Source: Antedon mediterranea
Lineage: Eukaryota > Animalia > Echinodermata
Reading direction: 5' to 3'
DNA length: 64,000 nt
Assembly (NCBI RefSeq): GCF_964355755.1
Contig: NC_092677.1
Span: 2,750,101-2,814,100 of the forward strand
The first letter of the stretch is position 1. The number at the start of each line of letters is the position of its first letter. The translations under genes were made by a program, and so were the position numbers. This document shows positions 52,401 through 63,760 of this stretch, in pieces. The notes below the pieces were generated by a model. The model ran no database searches, had not been told where the DNA came from, and saw only the letters and a list, made by a program, of their open reading frames with translations.

Positions 52401-55400
52401 TAGGCTTGATACATCAAGGTTAATGAGTGGTTGGAAATGATTAGGCCTAGGATACATAGGCTTTTTGTTTTAATTGTCACAGACCAGCCTAGCACGATCT
52501 ATCATTATATCTAGGCTTGATACATCAAGGTTAATGAGTGGTTGGAAATGATTAGGCCTAGGATACATAGGCTTTTTGTTTTAATTGTCACAGACCAGCC
52601 TAGCACGATCTATCATTATATCTAGGCTTGATACATCAAGGTAAATGAGTTGGTGGTAATTATTAGACCTGAAGTATACATATACTCTTCGAAATGATTA
52701 CATATGACCATGTGCCATGTGTTATATACATAGGTTAATGAAGAATTTGTGATTCATTATTAGGCCAACTTGTGTATAACTGGGACGGACAGACTTAGTG
52801 CAAACTGCATTTATGTAAAGAGATATTACAGTACTTGTTAAGGCTATACATGTTTGAATTTGAACATTATTTTCAATTTTATTAGGCTGATGTTGGGACT
52901 GATCAGCTGTGTTCAGATCTCAGAACAAGGAGCTGAAAATGCCATGAAAAGTTTAAACAATCTTGCCCTAGAAAAACAGTAAGTACTACGTCTTTTCTTC
53001 AACAGAGTAAGCAATTTAATTCATAATTGTATTCATTTGTATAACAGGGTAGTATTGAGAACAGTTACGTAAACGTTTTTAAGCGAACTGTTGATAGGTG
53101 TTGTTAGCTTATCTTGATTTATTAATCAAAACCTTTATATAGCAATATTTGTTTGTTCTTCAGATTTCTAGGTCTTGTACGTGTAGAAATGAAAACTAAC
53201 CTATTACCTGCTTTTGAAGAGATTCTCGTAAGTTGTAAAGATTTCTTCTATGCCCAAACATTGAGATATCATTCTGAGAATTCTTTATCAACCAGGCACA
53301 GATAGTGCAACTTGCATTGATAATTGGTGTCTGAGTGTTGGAGGAGAGATAATGTTGTCTTGAGAGGTGGTGGACCGGTGTTGTGTGTAATACCCGCTGT
53401 GTGTAGTGGGGTAAGGTAGTGTTTTCTGATGGTTAAAGGGTGGTGATGTAAATGTTTGAGAGGAAGGGTCAAAAAAGGGTCAAAAAAAAGAAATTAATTT
53501 TACAGTATGTTTATTTTTTTATCTGCACAGTGAATCAGTTAATAGTACTGTATTCCCATCATGTATTTTATTATTTCTTTAGCTGCATAGTGAGTCAGTT
53601 AATAGTACTGTATTCCCATCATGTATTTTATTATTTCTTTAGCTGCACAGTGAGTCCGTTAATAGTACTGTATTCCCATTGTGTATTTTATTATTTCTTT
53701 ATCTGCACAGTGAGTCAGTTAATAGTACTGTATTCCCATCATTTATTTTATTATTTCTTTATCTGCACAGTGAATCAGTTAACAGTACTGTATTCCCATC
53801 GTGTATTTTATTATTTCTTTAGCTGCACAGTGAGTCAGTTAACAGTACTGTATTCCCACTGTGTATTTTATTATTTCTTTAGCTGCACAGTGAGTCAGTT
53901 AACAGTACTGTATTCCCATTGTGTATTTTATTATTTCTTTAGCTGCACAGTGAGTCAGTTAACAGTACTGTATTCCCACTGTGTATTTTATTATTTCTTT
54001 AGCTGCACAGTGAGTCAGTTAATAGTACTGTATTCCCATCGTGTATTTTATTATTTCTTTAGCTGCACAGTGAGTCGGTTAACAGTACTGTATTCCCACT
54101 GTGTATTTTATTATTTCTTTAGCTGCACAGTGAGTCAGTTAACAGTACTGTATTCCCATCGTGTATTTTATTATTTCTTTAGCTGCACAGTGAGTCAGTT
54201 AACAGTACTGTATTCCCACTGTGTATTTTATTATTTCTTTAGCTGCACAGTGAGTCAGTTAACAGTACTGTATTCCCATTGTGTATTTTATTATTTCTTT
54301 AGCTGCACAGTGAGTCAGTTAACAGTACTGTATTCCCACTGTGTATTTTATTATTTCTTTAGCTGCACAGTGAGTCAGTTAATAGTACTGTATTCCCATC
54401 GTGTATTTTATTATTTCTTTAGCTGCACAGCGAGTCATTTAATAGTACTGTATTCCCACTGTGTATTTTATTATTTCTTTAGCTGCACAGTGAGTCAGTT
54501 AATAGTACTGTATTCCCATCGTGTATTTTATTATTTCTTTAGCTGCACAGTGAGTCAGTTAATAGTACTGTGTTCCCACTGTGTATTTTATTATTTCTTT
54601 AGCTGCACAGTGAGTCAGTTAATAGTACTGTATTCCCATCGTGTATTTTATTATTTCTTTAGCTGCACAGTGAGTCATTTAATAGTACTGTATTCCCACT
54701 GTGTATTTTATTATTTCTTTAGCTGCACAGTGAGTCAGTTAATAGTACTGTATTCCCATCGTGTATTTTATTATTTCTTTAGCTGCACAGTGAGTCAGTT
54801 AATAGTACTGTGTTCCCACTGTGTATTTTATTATTTCTTTAGCTGCACAGTGAGTCAGTTAATAGTACTGTATTCCCATCGTGTATTTTATTATTTCTTT
54901 AGCTGCACAGTGAGTCAGTTAATAGTACTGTATTCCCATTGTGTATCTCAACCATATCCAACATGACACATGATGACCATATTAGGAAACAAATGTCAGC
55001 TGACAAGAATTTCTGGCAAGCTATGCTGTCAACTTTGGTAAGTAAGGATTTAAGATCGCAGCCTTCTGATCAAAGTTCCCAATATTAAAAGATTTTTATT
55101 GGTAAATTATCATCTTTGAATAAAATAAAATATCAATAGAACAAGAGATCTTAAATGTGCCCATATATGGACATGATGATGTCATATCACTACCTAATTT
55201 AGGCATATCACTACCATATTTGGACACATCACACTTTTTTGTCAAACTAGTTTGATATTGTAGACAGAGCATTGGCATCTACAATGGTTATGCCAGGCAC
55301 TTGGCAAAGGCAGAATATGCGTTGAGGCAATCAATTTTCACCTTGTTTGTTGAGCCCAAGTAATAAATTTATACAAAAATTGCATTTAAGCAGATTGGCA

Positions 55401-56967
55401 GATGGCGCAAAATAATGGGAAACTCCTGTGCTTATCAGGAGGGTTGGGGGATCTGAATTATTTTTTTAATGATTTTGAACTTGATATACATTTTTTTCTT
55501 CAGAAAACCCATTGTAGTAAGACAAACAGAGAAGAAAGTGAGAAAGTGTTGGAACCTCTACTTGGTTTGTGTATGAACTTATCCCTTGAGAAAGTTCATG
55601 CTGAGCACCAGCTTACACTACCACTTACTAATTGTGTTGTACCGTTACTGAGCAGAACAAATCAACAATTGATAATGGTTTGTTTATTTTGCTTTATATA
55701 TTAACAGTATTACCTTTTAATTGAATGTTCTAATTAAAGAAAGTGTAATTCTAGTGTTTCTAATTGCAAGGCAATGTACAATAAATAACTTCTACTGACC
55801 GCTCAGGTATAACTGGTGATTTACTCTGTGTTTCGAACGTCACCATTATATTAACTTGAATTCCACCTTGAAAACTAGCTTGGTTATTCCTCTCTCAGTA
55901 AATATAGTCCCTTTACGCCTATGTGTAGTTTGACTTCTCATAGAAACCACTTTTTTTTACTAGGACCGTACTTCATAAAATTGTAATACAGTACATATTT
56001 TTTCCAGCGTGTGTGTGGGTTACTGAGCCGAGTTCTTGTCTATTCAACTGAAGCAGTTGAGTATTGTGTTCAGCAACATATTGTTGATATCATGTTGAAC
56101 ATACTTAAACAGGTATGTACTTAATTTTTAAAGTCTCAACTATAAACCATCTCCACTTAACGGCCTCTCATTCCCAATTTATAGTTCATGTTAGTAATCG
56201 TTTATATCTAAAGACACATTCAAATTTATTCGTGCTCAAAGGTGTTTGAAAATTACTCTTCACTTTTTTTGTAGGGTAAAGATGAAACATGCAAGAAGTA
56301 CTGCCTGAAATGTCTGACTGTGATAACACAGAACAATCAGGAATCAAGAAGACAAATACTATCACAAGATAAAGGTAACGAAATGAGCAACCCTCTAATT
56401 TCTTTTCAGATGTTCTCATTTAGAAATTTAAAGTTTTTCCATCAAATAGTTTTTATGTTCTCCATCTTTTTTTTCTATCACAATCTTTTTGCGTCGTTCT
56501 TTTCCTTTTTATTAAAACCATAAACGTGAGAAAAGCATCTCATCTACAAAAGTTTATGTCACTAACACAATATAAAATATAATAGAGAGATTATAATCAA
56601 AATTCCCAAGAAGAAGTATTTAATTACAGCTCAGGCAAAGTGCATTATATTTTTAGAAAAATTATTTTTTTTTAAAGGTTTAACAAAGTTGGTGTATTAT
56701 CTAGACAGTGAAGATGACATGATGATAGCGAACGCTGCGTTATGTATCGGACATTGCGTGCAAGAACCAGGAGCTAGCCACCATGTCAGTACAGATGTAG
56801 TCAAGACATTACTGACAAGAACAGACACTACAAACACTTCAATTAAACAAAACTGTGCAATCACGCTAGCTAAGCTTGCTACTACAAGTCCAGATCATCT
56901 TAACATGCTCAAGAAGTTAGGAGGAATAGGTATTCTGAATAGCTGTATGAAGTATGTAAATTCATGA
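46329..56967 (+). CDS. TTC12: Tetratricopeptide repeat protein 12 (TPR + ARM-like), 15 exons, 709 aa after removing the exon-5 transposon
   Basis: All junctions GT-AG and in phase; motifs FLSKVDEI, AFMASVEADARERAQRR, KEKGNQEF, LKDMVVLYTNRAQ, TLFRSNSGF, NCAITLAKL, ILNSCMKY recognised as TTC12. Confidence 0.92.
46752..46894 (+). CDS. TTC12: TTC12 exon 2
   Basis: DKIVKGLNTEDDSEQKKAL...NKTIINK. Confidence 0.85.
46997..47030 (+). CDS. TTC12: TTC12 exon 3
   Basis: 34-nt exon DVGGLPQGMTQ restores the phase. Confidence 0.75.
47182..47381 (+). CDS. TTC12: TTC12 exon 4
   Basis: DAFMASVEAD...LYTNRAQ (TPR). Confidence 0.92.
47430..47665. repeat. About 35-bp intronic minisatellite
   Basis: TTAAATTATTGTCACCAATTCTTA units. 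Confidence 0.75.
47734..47769 (+). CDS. TTC12: TTC12 exon 5, 5' part (interrupted)
   Basis: cag|AFNKLAQYNDAI then transposon. Confidence 0.85.
48460..49690 (+). pseudogene. Sola2-like transposase C-terminal part, split by a SINE
   Basis: YFTDGCGGQYKN and WNFFATSHGKSACDGIGGTVKR motifs; continues at 49178 (MDIPGINFF...FMHPHG...FYWPSKED); N-terminus missing. Confidence 0.8.
48821..49177 (-). mobile_element. Full-length tRNA-derived SINE with Deu/Nin-type central domain
   Basis: A box TGGCCGAGCGG, B box GGTTCGAGGCC, GAGCGAGTC/GACTCGCTC stem, TCGGATAAGGACTATAAACCGTAGGTCC..AAGAGTAGGGGGTTACCCCGGTG core, A-rich tail. Confidence 0.8.
50306..50462 (+). CDS. TTC12: TTC12 exon 5, 3' part
   Basis: KDCDTAL...KAHIQKGNAYLGL...ILKINPKQ|gtaagt. 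Confidence 0.9.
50677..50865 (+). CDS. TTC12: TTC12 exon 6
   Basis: DYVKKAS...YYVGGLQLL. Confidence 0.88.
51097..51261 (+). CDS. TTC12: TTC12 exon 7
   Basis: DISKTLFRSNSGFELL. Confidence 0.88.
51580..51751 (+). CDS. TTC12: TTC12 exon 8
   Basis: EVNTKYIL...LSQTSLARSIIISRLDTS|gtaaat. Confidence 0.85.
51688..52650 (+). repeat. 111-bp tandem array of the exon-8 3' end plus splice donor (9 copies)
   Basis: GTCACAG starts at 51698, 51809, 51920, 52031, 52143, 52254, 52365, 52476, 52587. Confidence 0.95.
52886..52978 (+). CDS. TTC12: TTC12 exon 9
   Basis: RLMLGLISC...NAMKSLNNLALEK. Confidence 0.85.
53164..53227 (+). CDS. TTC12: TTC12 exon 10
   Basis: QFLGLVRVEMKTNLLPAFEEIL|gtaagt. Confidence 0.8.
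53507..54945 (+). repeat. 60-bp tandem array of the exon-11 acceptor plus exon start (24 copies)
   Basis: TTATTTCTTTAG|CTGCACAGTGAGTCAGTTAATAGTACTGTATTCCC every 60 bp. Confidence 0.97.
54903..55037 (+). CDS. TTC12: TTC12 exon 11
   Basis: LHSESVNSTVFPLCISTISNM...FWQAMLSTL; only the last acceptor of the 60-bp array gives an open frame. Confidence 0.85.
55504..55677 (+). CDS. TTC12: TTC12 exon 12
   Basis: KTHCSK...LLGLCMNLSL. Confidence 0.88.
56008..56112 (+). CDS. TTC12: TTC12 exon 13
   Basis: RVCGLLSRVL...MLNILKQ. Confidence 0.88.
56275..56374 (+). CDS. TTC12: TTC12 exon 14
   Basis: GKDETCKKYCLKCLTVIT...SQDK. Confidence 0.88.
56678..56967 (+). CDS. TTC12: TTC12 exon 15 (last coding)
   Basis: ANAALCIGHC...NCAITLAKL...ILNSCMKYVNS stop. 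Confidence 0.92.
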
Positions 56968-58410
56968 CGTTTTTCGGGGATTGGTGTTTTTCAAATCGGC
57001 ATCCATACGGGTCTCATCAGCCGCACCTTTTGGGCATCAGTTGTACGCCACACCTCATGTTTCAACTACAGTTTGGGCTGGGAATATCCACATGGTCAAG
57101 TAGTTCTATAAACAGTGCACATTTTTTTAATGCTTACAATTGTTTTTATTTCTAGGTTTTTAAAAAGGTAAACTAGTAAAAAAACATTTCAAGATACTTC
57201 TACTTAACATAGAAAAATATCAGCAAATAAAGCTTTTTTGTTGAACAATGAAACCGAAATGAACCATACCTGCTTGGTGTTATATATCGTTTGGTGATTT
57301 TATCCTTGTTATTACATCAACCACGACAGACAATTTCTATGAGACCTGGGTTTCCTATATTCCCTACGCGATACGCTAAAATCTGGCTCCATAAAGGTGG
57401 AATGCGTCATTAAAACAATCGGGAATGCGCCATGATTAATTGTAAACCTATCGACATGGTTCAACTTTTCTGTTAGGAGTGCAACAAACTGCAACGGCTA
57501 AACAATCGCACACCAAAGTCATATTTTCATAATATAAAATATTTTTACACTTTTAATAAGAATTCCAAAAATACATACATAGTTGTTTCATTGTGTTTGT
57601 AATATACAAACAATGATGGTTATCTATAGGCTAAAGTTAACTTTGCAAATAACTGATATAAAAACCAATGTAATAAGATATATCATTTTCATAACATACA
57701 ATTTACATAATCATACATAATCATTTTAATTGCAAGTTCAAGTTAATTTAAAGCCTGTTTTCTTAATCTATATCACTATTATAATATATAATTAATATAT
57801 AAAAAATAACAATTGACATATAAACACTGTAAAATTGTATATACATCGAAATAAAAGAGTGCAGTTTATAATCGAGATGCAGATACATATTTGCATTGCA
57901 TTGCATAACCATTAGGCCTACAATTCAATTCACTTTTATTTCAGAACAAAGTCCATATCATGACAAATAAAAAAATCTATACCACATGTCGCACATAATA
58001 ATGCCGTCGGTTTTCAACTAGGATTGAAAAAAAACCAAAAAACACATTATTATGGCCTACATATCCCATGTATCAAAATAACTTTTATTGTGGCTGTCCA
58101 CACAAGAAAAACAAAATTCCACACATAAATGTTCACACATTTCTCACTAGATTCTTCTATTGCACAATATGTATTTATTTCATTTATAACAAAATAAATA
58201 ACTACAAACCGAAATTATAGATTACAATTTTACTAATTTTGTATTGGAATTACATAAATGATATTTCCCAAACCAATTTTGGCCATCTTCAATTGGCACT
58301 GTGCCAAAATGTTCTGAATCTGCCTCTGTGGTACAATTGCCACTACAGTTTTTTCTTTATAATAGATTGCATATAGTACAGTGAATAAAGTAAACTAATA
58401 AGCACCTTAA

Positions 58411-59289
58411 AAGGTGTTATATGTGTGTTAGGAAACTAAAAATGAGAATTTATTCAAATTTTTTTTTTCATTATAATTAAGTAATTTAGTATGTGTACTT
58501 GCATAAAAAATAAAAAAATTGAAAAAAAATATATATTAATATTATTAATAAATTAATGAAAAACGATAATAACATGCCGGTTGCCATGGCAACCAAACCA
58601 AAAATTTGAAATTTTACTGATAAAAACTACCCTTACCATGTTGAAAATTCATTTTTAGTGGTTATTTCAACTTATGTGTCTGCTGCCCTCTCTTGTCATG
58701 ATATAGGGGATATTCCAATAGGCTATTTTTAGATACCATGTGCTGTATTATTTTTTTGTTTACCTTAAATTATATTAGAACACGGGATTTCCTATGTTTC
58801 AAATTTTCAATGTTTTTCAGATTTTGAAAAAATATAGAAGTAGAATTACACCCCCTACAGACTTGAAAATTGGCAGAAATGCTCTTTAGAGTGTGCTCTA
58901 TTTAATGGCCTCAAAATAAATAATATAGGTAGTACCAGACTTTTCACATGACATTTCTAATTCTTGAGATTTTGGTTTTCACAATATGAGATATTTGTCC
59001 ATAGTTTATCACATACCCCCCTAAATAATATATAATGTAGGCCATTGGATAGATCTTGGGAAGAGCTTTAATTTGACATCTCAATCAACTATGTATGATA
59101 GTTGGTTAAAGCGCTACATTATTTTGAAAATTATGCAATCAACGCTAATTAATTATGCCAATTAGGTAGTTAAAATTTTTTTTTTAATGAAAATGCATTT
59201 GTTACTGTATGTTATTTGTGTGGATATAGTATGAAGTTAATAAGATATGGTTTAATACAGTTTGGTTAAACTAGCAATGAACACCTTTT
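58411..59289. mobile_element. Kolobok-like element (duplicate of 21362-22214)
   Basis: TTAA TSD, AAGGTGTT..AACACCTT. Confidence 0.65.
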
Positions 59290-59808
59290 TTAAATTAGTT
59301 CATTTGCAGTAAATGTATTGATGAATTTTCTGTGTAAATATGTTTTTTCCTTAAAATATATTTTTTACAACAAAATGTTACTATTTTAATTCAATCAGAC
59401 CTGAATATTATTACTTAAATGAAAGAAAACTGTTTAAACCCCATTTAAAACGTATAAGAATTAAGAACTTTCTATGAAATTTAATACAAGTAACAAAGGT
59501 TTTATACATTTAATCCTGGATGAATCTGGACAGCGCCAAAACACACATCTGACAGAAGTAACATTCACCTACACTCCACCAGTAAATAAAAAACAAATAA
59601 GCACGTTAAATGAGTGTAAATATATTGATGATGAATTTTCTGTGTTCCATATTCTGATAAATTATTATATATTTATATATTATATTTATAATTATTCAAA
59701 CCTTAATATGTTTACTTAAATGAAAGAATAGTAATTCTGTTAACCCATTTAAAACAATCAGAATTTATTATGAAATTTAATGAATTTAATACGCTATCAT
59801 GTAAATTA

Positions 59809-60321
59809 TTAAAATATCTCAAGAAGTAACATACGGTATGTATAGGACGTTATTCTTTTGGTGAATCTGTATCCTGCAGTGACACATATCTGACTGAAGT
59901 ACATCCGATTGGCAGATAACATACAGCGCATGTAAGAAACTTCTAATCGACGTTGATATATCTGCAGAGCAGCATCGACACGCATCTGACTGAAGTACAT
60001 CCGATTGGCAGATAACATACAGCGCATGTAAGAAACTTCTAATCGACGTTGATATATCAGCAGAGCAGCATCGACACGCATCTGACTGAAGTACATCCGA
60101 TTGGCAGATAACATACAACGCATGTAAGAAACTTCCAATCGACATTGGTTTATCTGCAGAGCAGCATCGACATGCATCTGACTGGATACCTGCAGGGTGT
60201 TACTGCCATCGTTGTCACTCACAACCATGGTAGAAGATCGTACCTTAAAACATCCACTGTAACTTGCAAACATTACATTCATTACGGTCAAAGCCGTTTG
60301 GGCAGTATATCGACTAGACAT
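59809..60321 (-). CDS. Unrecognised small-protein family, member E (170 aa; three 32-aa repeats)
   Basis: Acceptor tttttccag|GTAGT (exon starts 60337); intact ORF; one extra 96-bp unit versus member B. Confidence 0.58.
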   Translation of the reverse strand: MSSRYTAQTALTVMNVMFASYSGCFKVRSSTMVVSDNDGSNTLQVSSQMHVDAALQINQCRLEVSYMRCMLSANRMYFSQMRVDAALLIYQRRLEVSYMRCMLSANRMYFSQMRVDAALQIYQRRLEVSYMRCMLSANRMYFSQICVTAGYRFTKRITSYTYRMLLLEIF

Positions 60322-60499
60322 TTTATCTCGATACTACCTGGAAAAATTCAAAAAGGAATGGTGGATATACAGAATAACAATAGTTACGACAGACAATATG
60401 AGCCTTAATAAACTATAATGTAAAAAATGTATGCTCTGCAAGGAATGATTTTTATCTATTATTTAAAATGTTAAGATATAATAATATTTGCTTTTATAT

Positions 60500-60722
60500 A
60501 TCGCTTATTGCACATTGCTTCTAAGGGCTTCACGTTATTACCCCCATCATTTTCTTGGGGATCGAAACATACTTCCATAATGTTGTGTCTTGATCTAAAC
60601 GGGTACCCATTTATAGGCAAACTTAAAGTATCTTGCCTAAGGATACAAGCAATGCAGCGAGAGTTGGATTCGAATCACGATCTCAGTAGTTCATCGTCAA
60701 ACACACTGCACCACCTGCCCTT
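60500..60722 (-). mobile_element. CORE-type SINE copy in intron of member E
   Basis: Homologous to 2525-2778 and 23330-23555. Confidence 0.6.
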
Positions 60723-61452
60723 ATTGTGTATTGTGATTTTTGTATATTTTGTAAGATCATTTTAATCCAGACCTTTTTATTTGAATTGACCCGTGTGGGA
60801 TGATTAAAGAATTTTGAATTGAATTGAATTGTCCCCCTGAAAAACTAATTTAAAAAATTGTAGTTGAATATACCATTTTAATGTCACATAATAGTTATCC
60901 ACTATTAACTATAAAATAACCTATTCAAAGTCTGATTTTATTAATCTTTATTTTTCATTCTTTAAATAATTGAAATGATGATATAATGAATATAGACCTA
61001 TATATTTAAAAAAGAGACAATAAAGGAGGGTTAATCCCACGAAAGACCAAAAAAAAAAAAATAATTGAAGACACAGAGTACACCTTTTCAAAATATTTTA
61101 TAGATTCTGTAAGTAAATGCGATGTTATTAATTGAATGTACGGTTTTGAGTTGTATTTTGTGACACACCATTTTGAGGGTCTTCCTTGGCTTTTGCGCGT
61201 GCGGTTTTCTCTCTGCATGGTCTTAGCTTTAGAAACACCCAACAGTAGAGGACGACGTAAAAAAAAATATACAAATTTGTTTTTGGTATTTATTTATTTT
61301 CAGGGGGACAATATATCTTTAAAACTGTTATGTCAACAAGCGAGCAGCGTTTTTTGTAAGAAATATTTTTTGTTTATTTTGTTTTCGGTTTGTTTACGGT
61401 TGTTTTCGGTTATTTTCGGTTGTTTTCGGTAATCAGACTGACCCTAATTCCC

Positions 61453-62038
61453 AGCTCACTATGTCGGTCGGTTGGTCGGTCGGTACACAAAAACTTGTAT
61501 ATGACCTTATCTTGACTGTTTAATCTAGCTAAGTCAATTTTTCACAGTATATTCCTTATGGCCAGGAATCGATGTGGTTATGTTTTCACGGTCTACGCGG
61601 TCTACGCACGATTTAACGAAATTCAATTGTAATCATATCTTCACAACCATGAATCACAATTAAATAAAATTTGGTACTCATAAATTTCAGGGCATAAATC
61701 ATCATATGGCAATACAATTAACATTAGCATGTAACGAATGCGTACACGCGCTTAAAAATTTTCAAAATTTATTTTCGATGAAATAAGAGTACGTTTATTC
61801 ATGAGTGCGCAGATTTTTAGTTAAATATTATTACGCACTCTTTTTGCCTGATTTCTGTTTTCTTGACTTACTTTTCAACTTGAAATTACGTTATACGAGC
61901 ACGTCAAAAGTGACAGGCTACGCACGTGTAAATTAGAAAAATATAAATGTTTTTAAACATGTTCAGCAATTTCGGTCGGTCGGTCGGTAAACACTAATAA
62001 TGAGCACGCGACTGCAGCCATCTCTATATGGCCTTGTT
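61453..62038 (+). mobile_element. Helentron-associated element with (CGGT)n microsatellites
   Basis: CGGT repeats near both ends; 3' hairpin GCCAT-ATGGC then CTTGTTT; absent between the homologous flanks near 41335. Confidence 0.55.
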
Positions 62039-62689
62039 TATCTGAGATCTTTGTGTTCTGTGCAGCTGCAGAAACACACATAGAGGGCGACATCCCATGG
62101 GAATTTGGAAATCATCAATTCTCTTTTCTAGCTCTCTCTCTCCGCGCCGCTGCTGATCGGCGGGATGAGTACCTGGGCATAGAATTACTATATTTTGTAT
62201 CATTATTGACAAGTTTGATCTATTTTTTGGATTGTAATTCATTTAGAAGGTTATATCTGTTAAACAAATCTTTATTGCCCTTTACTACGGGCTACCTGGG
62301 CCTATCTAGCTCTAGCCTAGTTATTAATTAGGGCTGGCCTCTTATAATATAGGCCTAGCTAGGCCCTATTAGGCCTACCTAGTACTACTCCTATGCCTAG
62401 TAGTAGGCCTACTACTCATATGCCTACTAGTAGGCCTAGCTAGTTCATAGTCTAAGATTATTGTAGGCCGCCTAGAAGCTAGCTAGAGTAGGAGTCAGTG
62501 GCTTACTGACCAACAAAAATGTAATTATGCAATACAAATTAAAAATAGCAAATAAATAGGGCCTAGCCTAGTAAAAAAAAGTTGTCCACTTCAAATTTTG
62601 ATGATACAGATAATATTAATGGAAATTACAGTGCTCATAAACATTGGCTTGCCTAAAATAAATATAAATATAAGGGGGACTTTTTATCT

Positions 62690-63760
62690 AACAAATGTTT
62701 TGTTATAATGCCTTATCCCAGCTGGGTAGAACGAGTACTTGTCTGTGCATTCACCGCCCTCATTCTACTACTTCTAACGATAACGGAGCCGATAATGTCC
62801 TTATGAAGAGGATGGTTGGTGTCTTCCAATATAGCATGGAACACATCGGCAAGACGTTCGCTGTACAAAGAGTCAAGCGTTTGCACAGACGAACCAATTA
62901 CTTTCCCCGCTCTACCCAGCACCTTTTCAATTCGGTCTTTATCCCCTTTACTGATATTCCTAGCCCAGCCCAACATACAATAACCCCAAATAGATAACAT
63001 CACTGATGAGTAAAACATTTGACAAATATCCTGCTTTACTCCAAGCGAACCGAGTTTCCTTGTATTTAACTTCTTAACTATATGGTCAACATGATCTCCC
63101 CCATTTAAGCTTACAGTCAAATACTACTCCCAGGTACTTATAATTGTTAACAATCTCTACTTCCTTTCCTTTAATATATACCGGGTCCATACTGTCGGAC
63201 CTATTGTGTTTTCGAAAATCAATCCGCATTTCTTTCGTTTTATTTATGTTTAGTTCAAGAAAATTATTGCCGCAGTAATCGGTGAATCGAATAATCTCAG
63301 AAATGTATAGAGAAGAATTGTTATTATTGATAAGTCCAACCATAGCTGAGTTGTCCGCAAATTTTATCATTGGACAACTGGGGGATACCGACCTAAAGTC
63401 TGATGTGTACAGAGTAAACAAAAAAGGTGCCAATATGGTACCTTGTGGTGCACCAGTACTAGTACGCACAGTATCGGAAATAATATTATTCTGTAACTTA
63501 ACATAGTGGCTACGTTGGACTAAAAAATTTAAACACTTGGAACATTCATATCAAATAATTTATGAACTAATATGTGTGGCTGAATTGTGTTAAATGCGGA
63601 ACTAAAATCAAAGTACATAACCCTAACGCATGGGTACGTTTTCCAGTCATCTAAATGACGGTACGTTTGGTGGAGCTTATATATCAAAGTGTCTTCAGTG
63701 CTCCTGTTTGTGCAGTACGCAAATTTTGCTTATCCTTGCCTCCTTAGATTTGCAGCTGTC
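62690..63760 (-). mobile_element. Degenerate L2/Rex-group LINE reverse transcriptase fragment
   Basis: DFSSAFNTIQPH, GAPQGTILAPFLFTLYTSD, KFADNSA, KTKEMRIDFRK, YKYLGVVFD motifs. Confidence 0.88.

Noticed and set aside
53452-54966. 504-aa ORF with 20-aa repeats
   Set aside because: By-product of a 60-bp intronic array that is stop-free in one frame; the TTC12 exon uses a different frame
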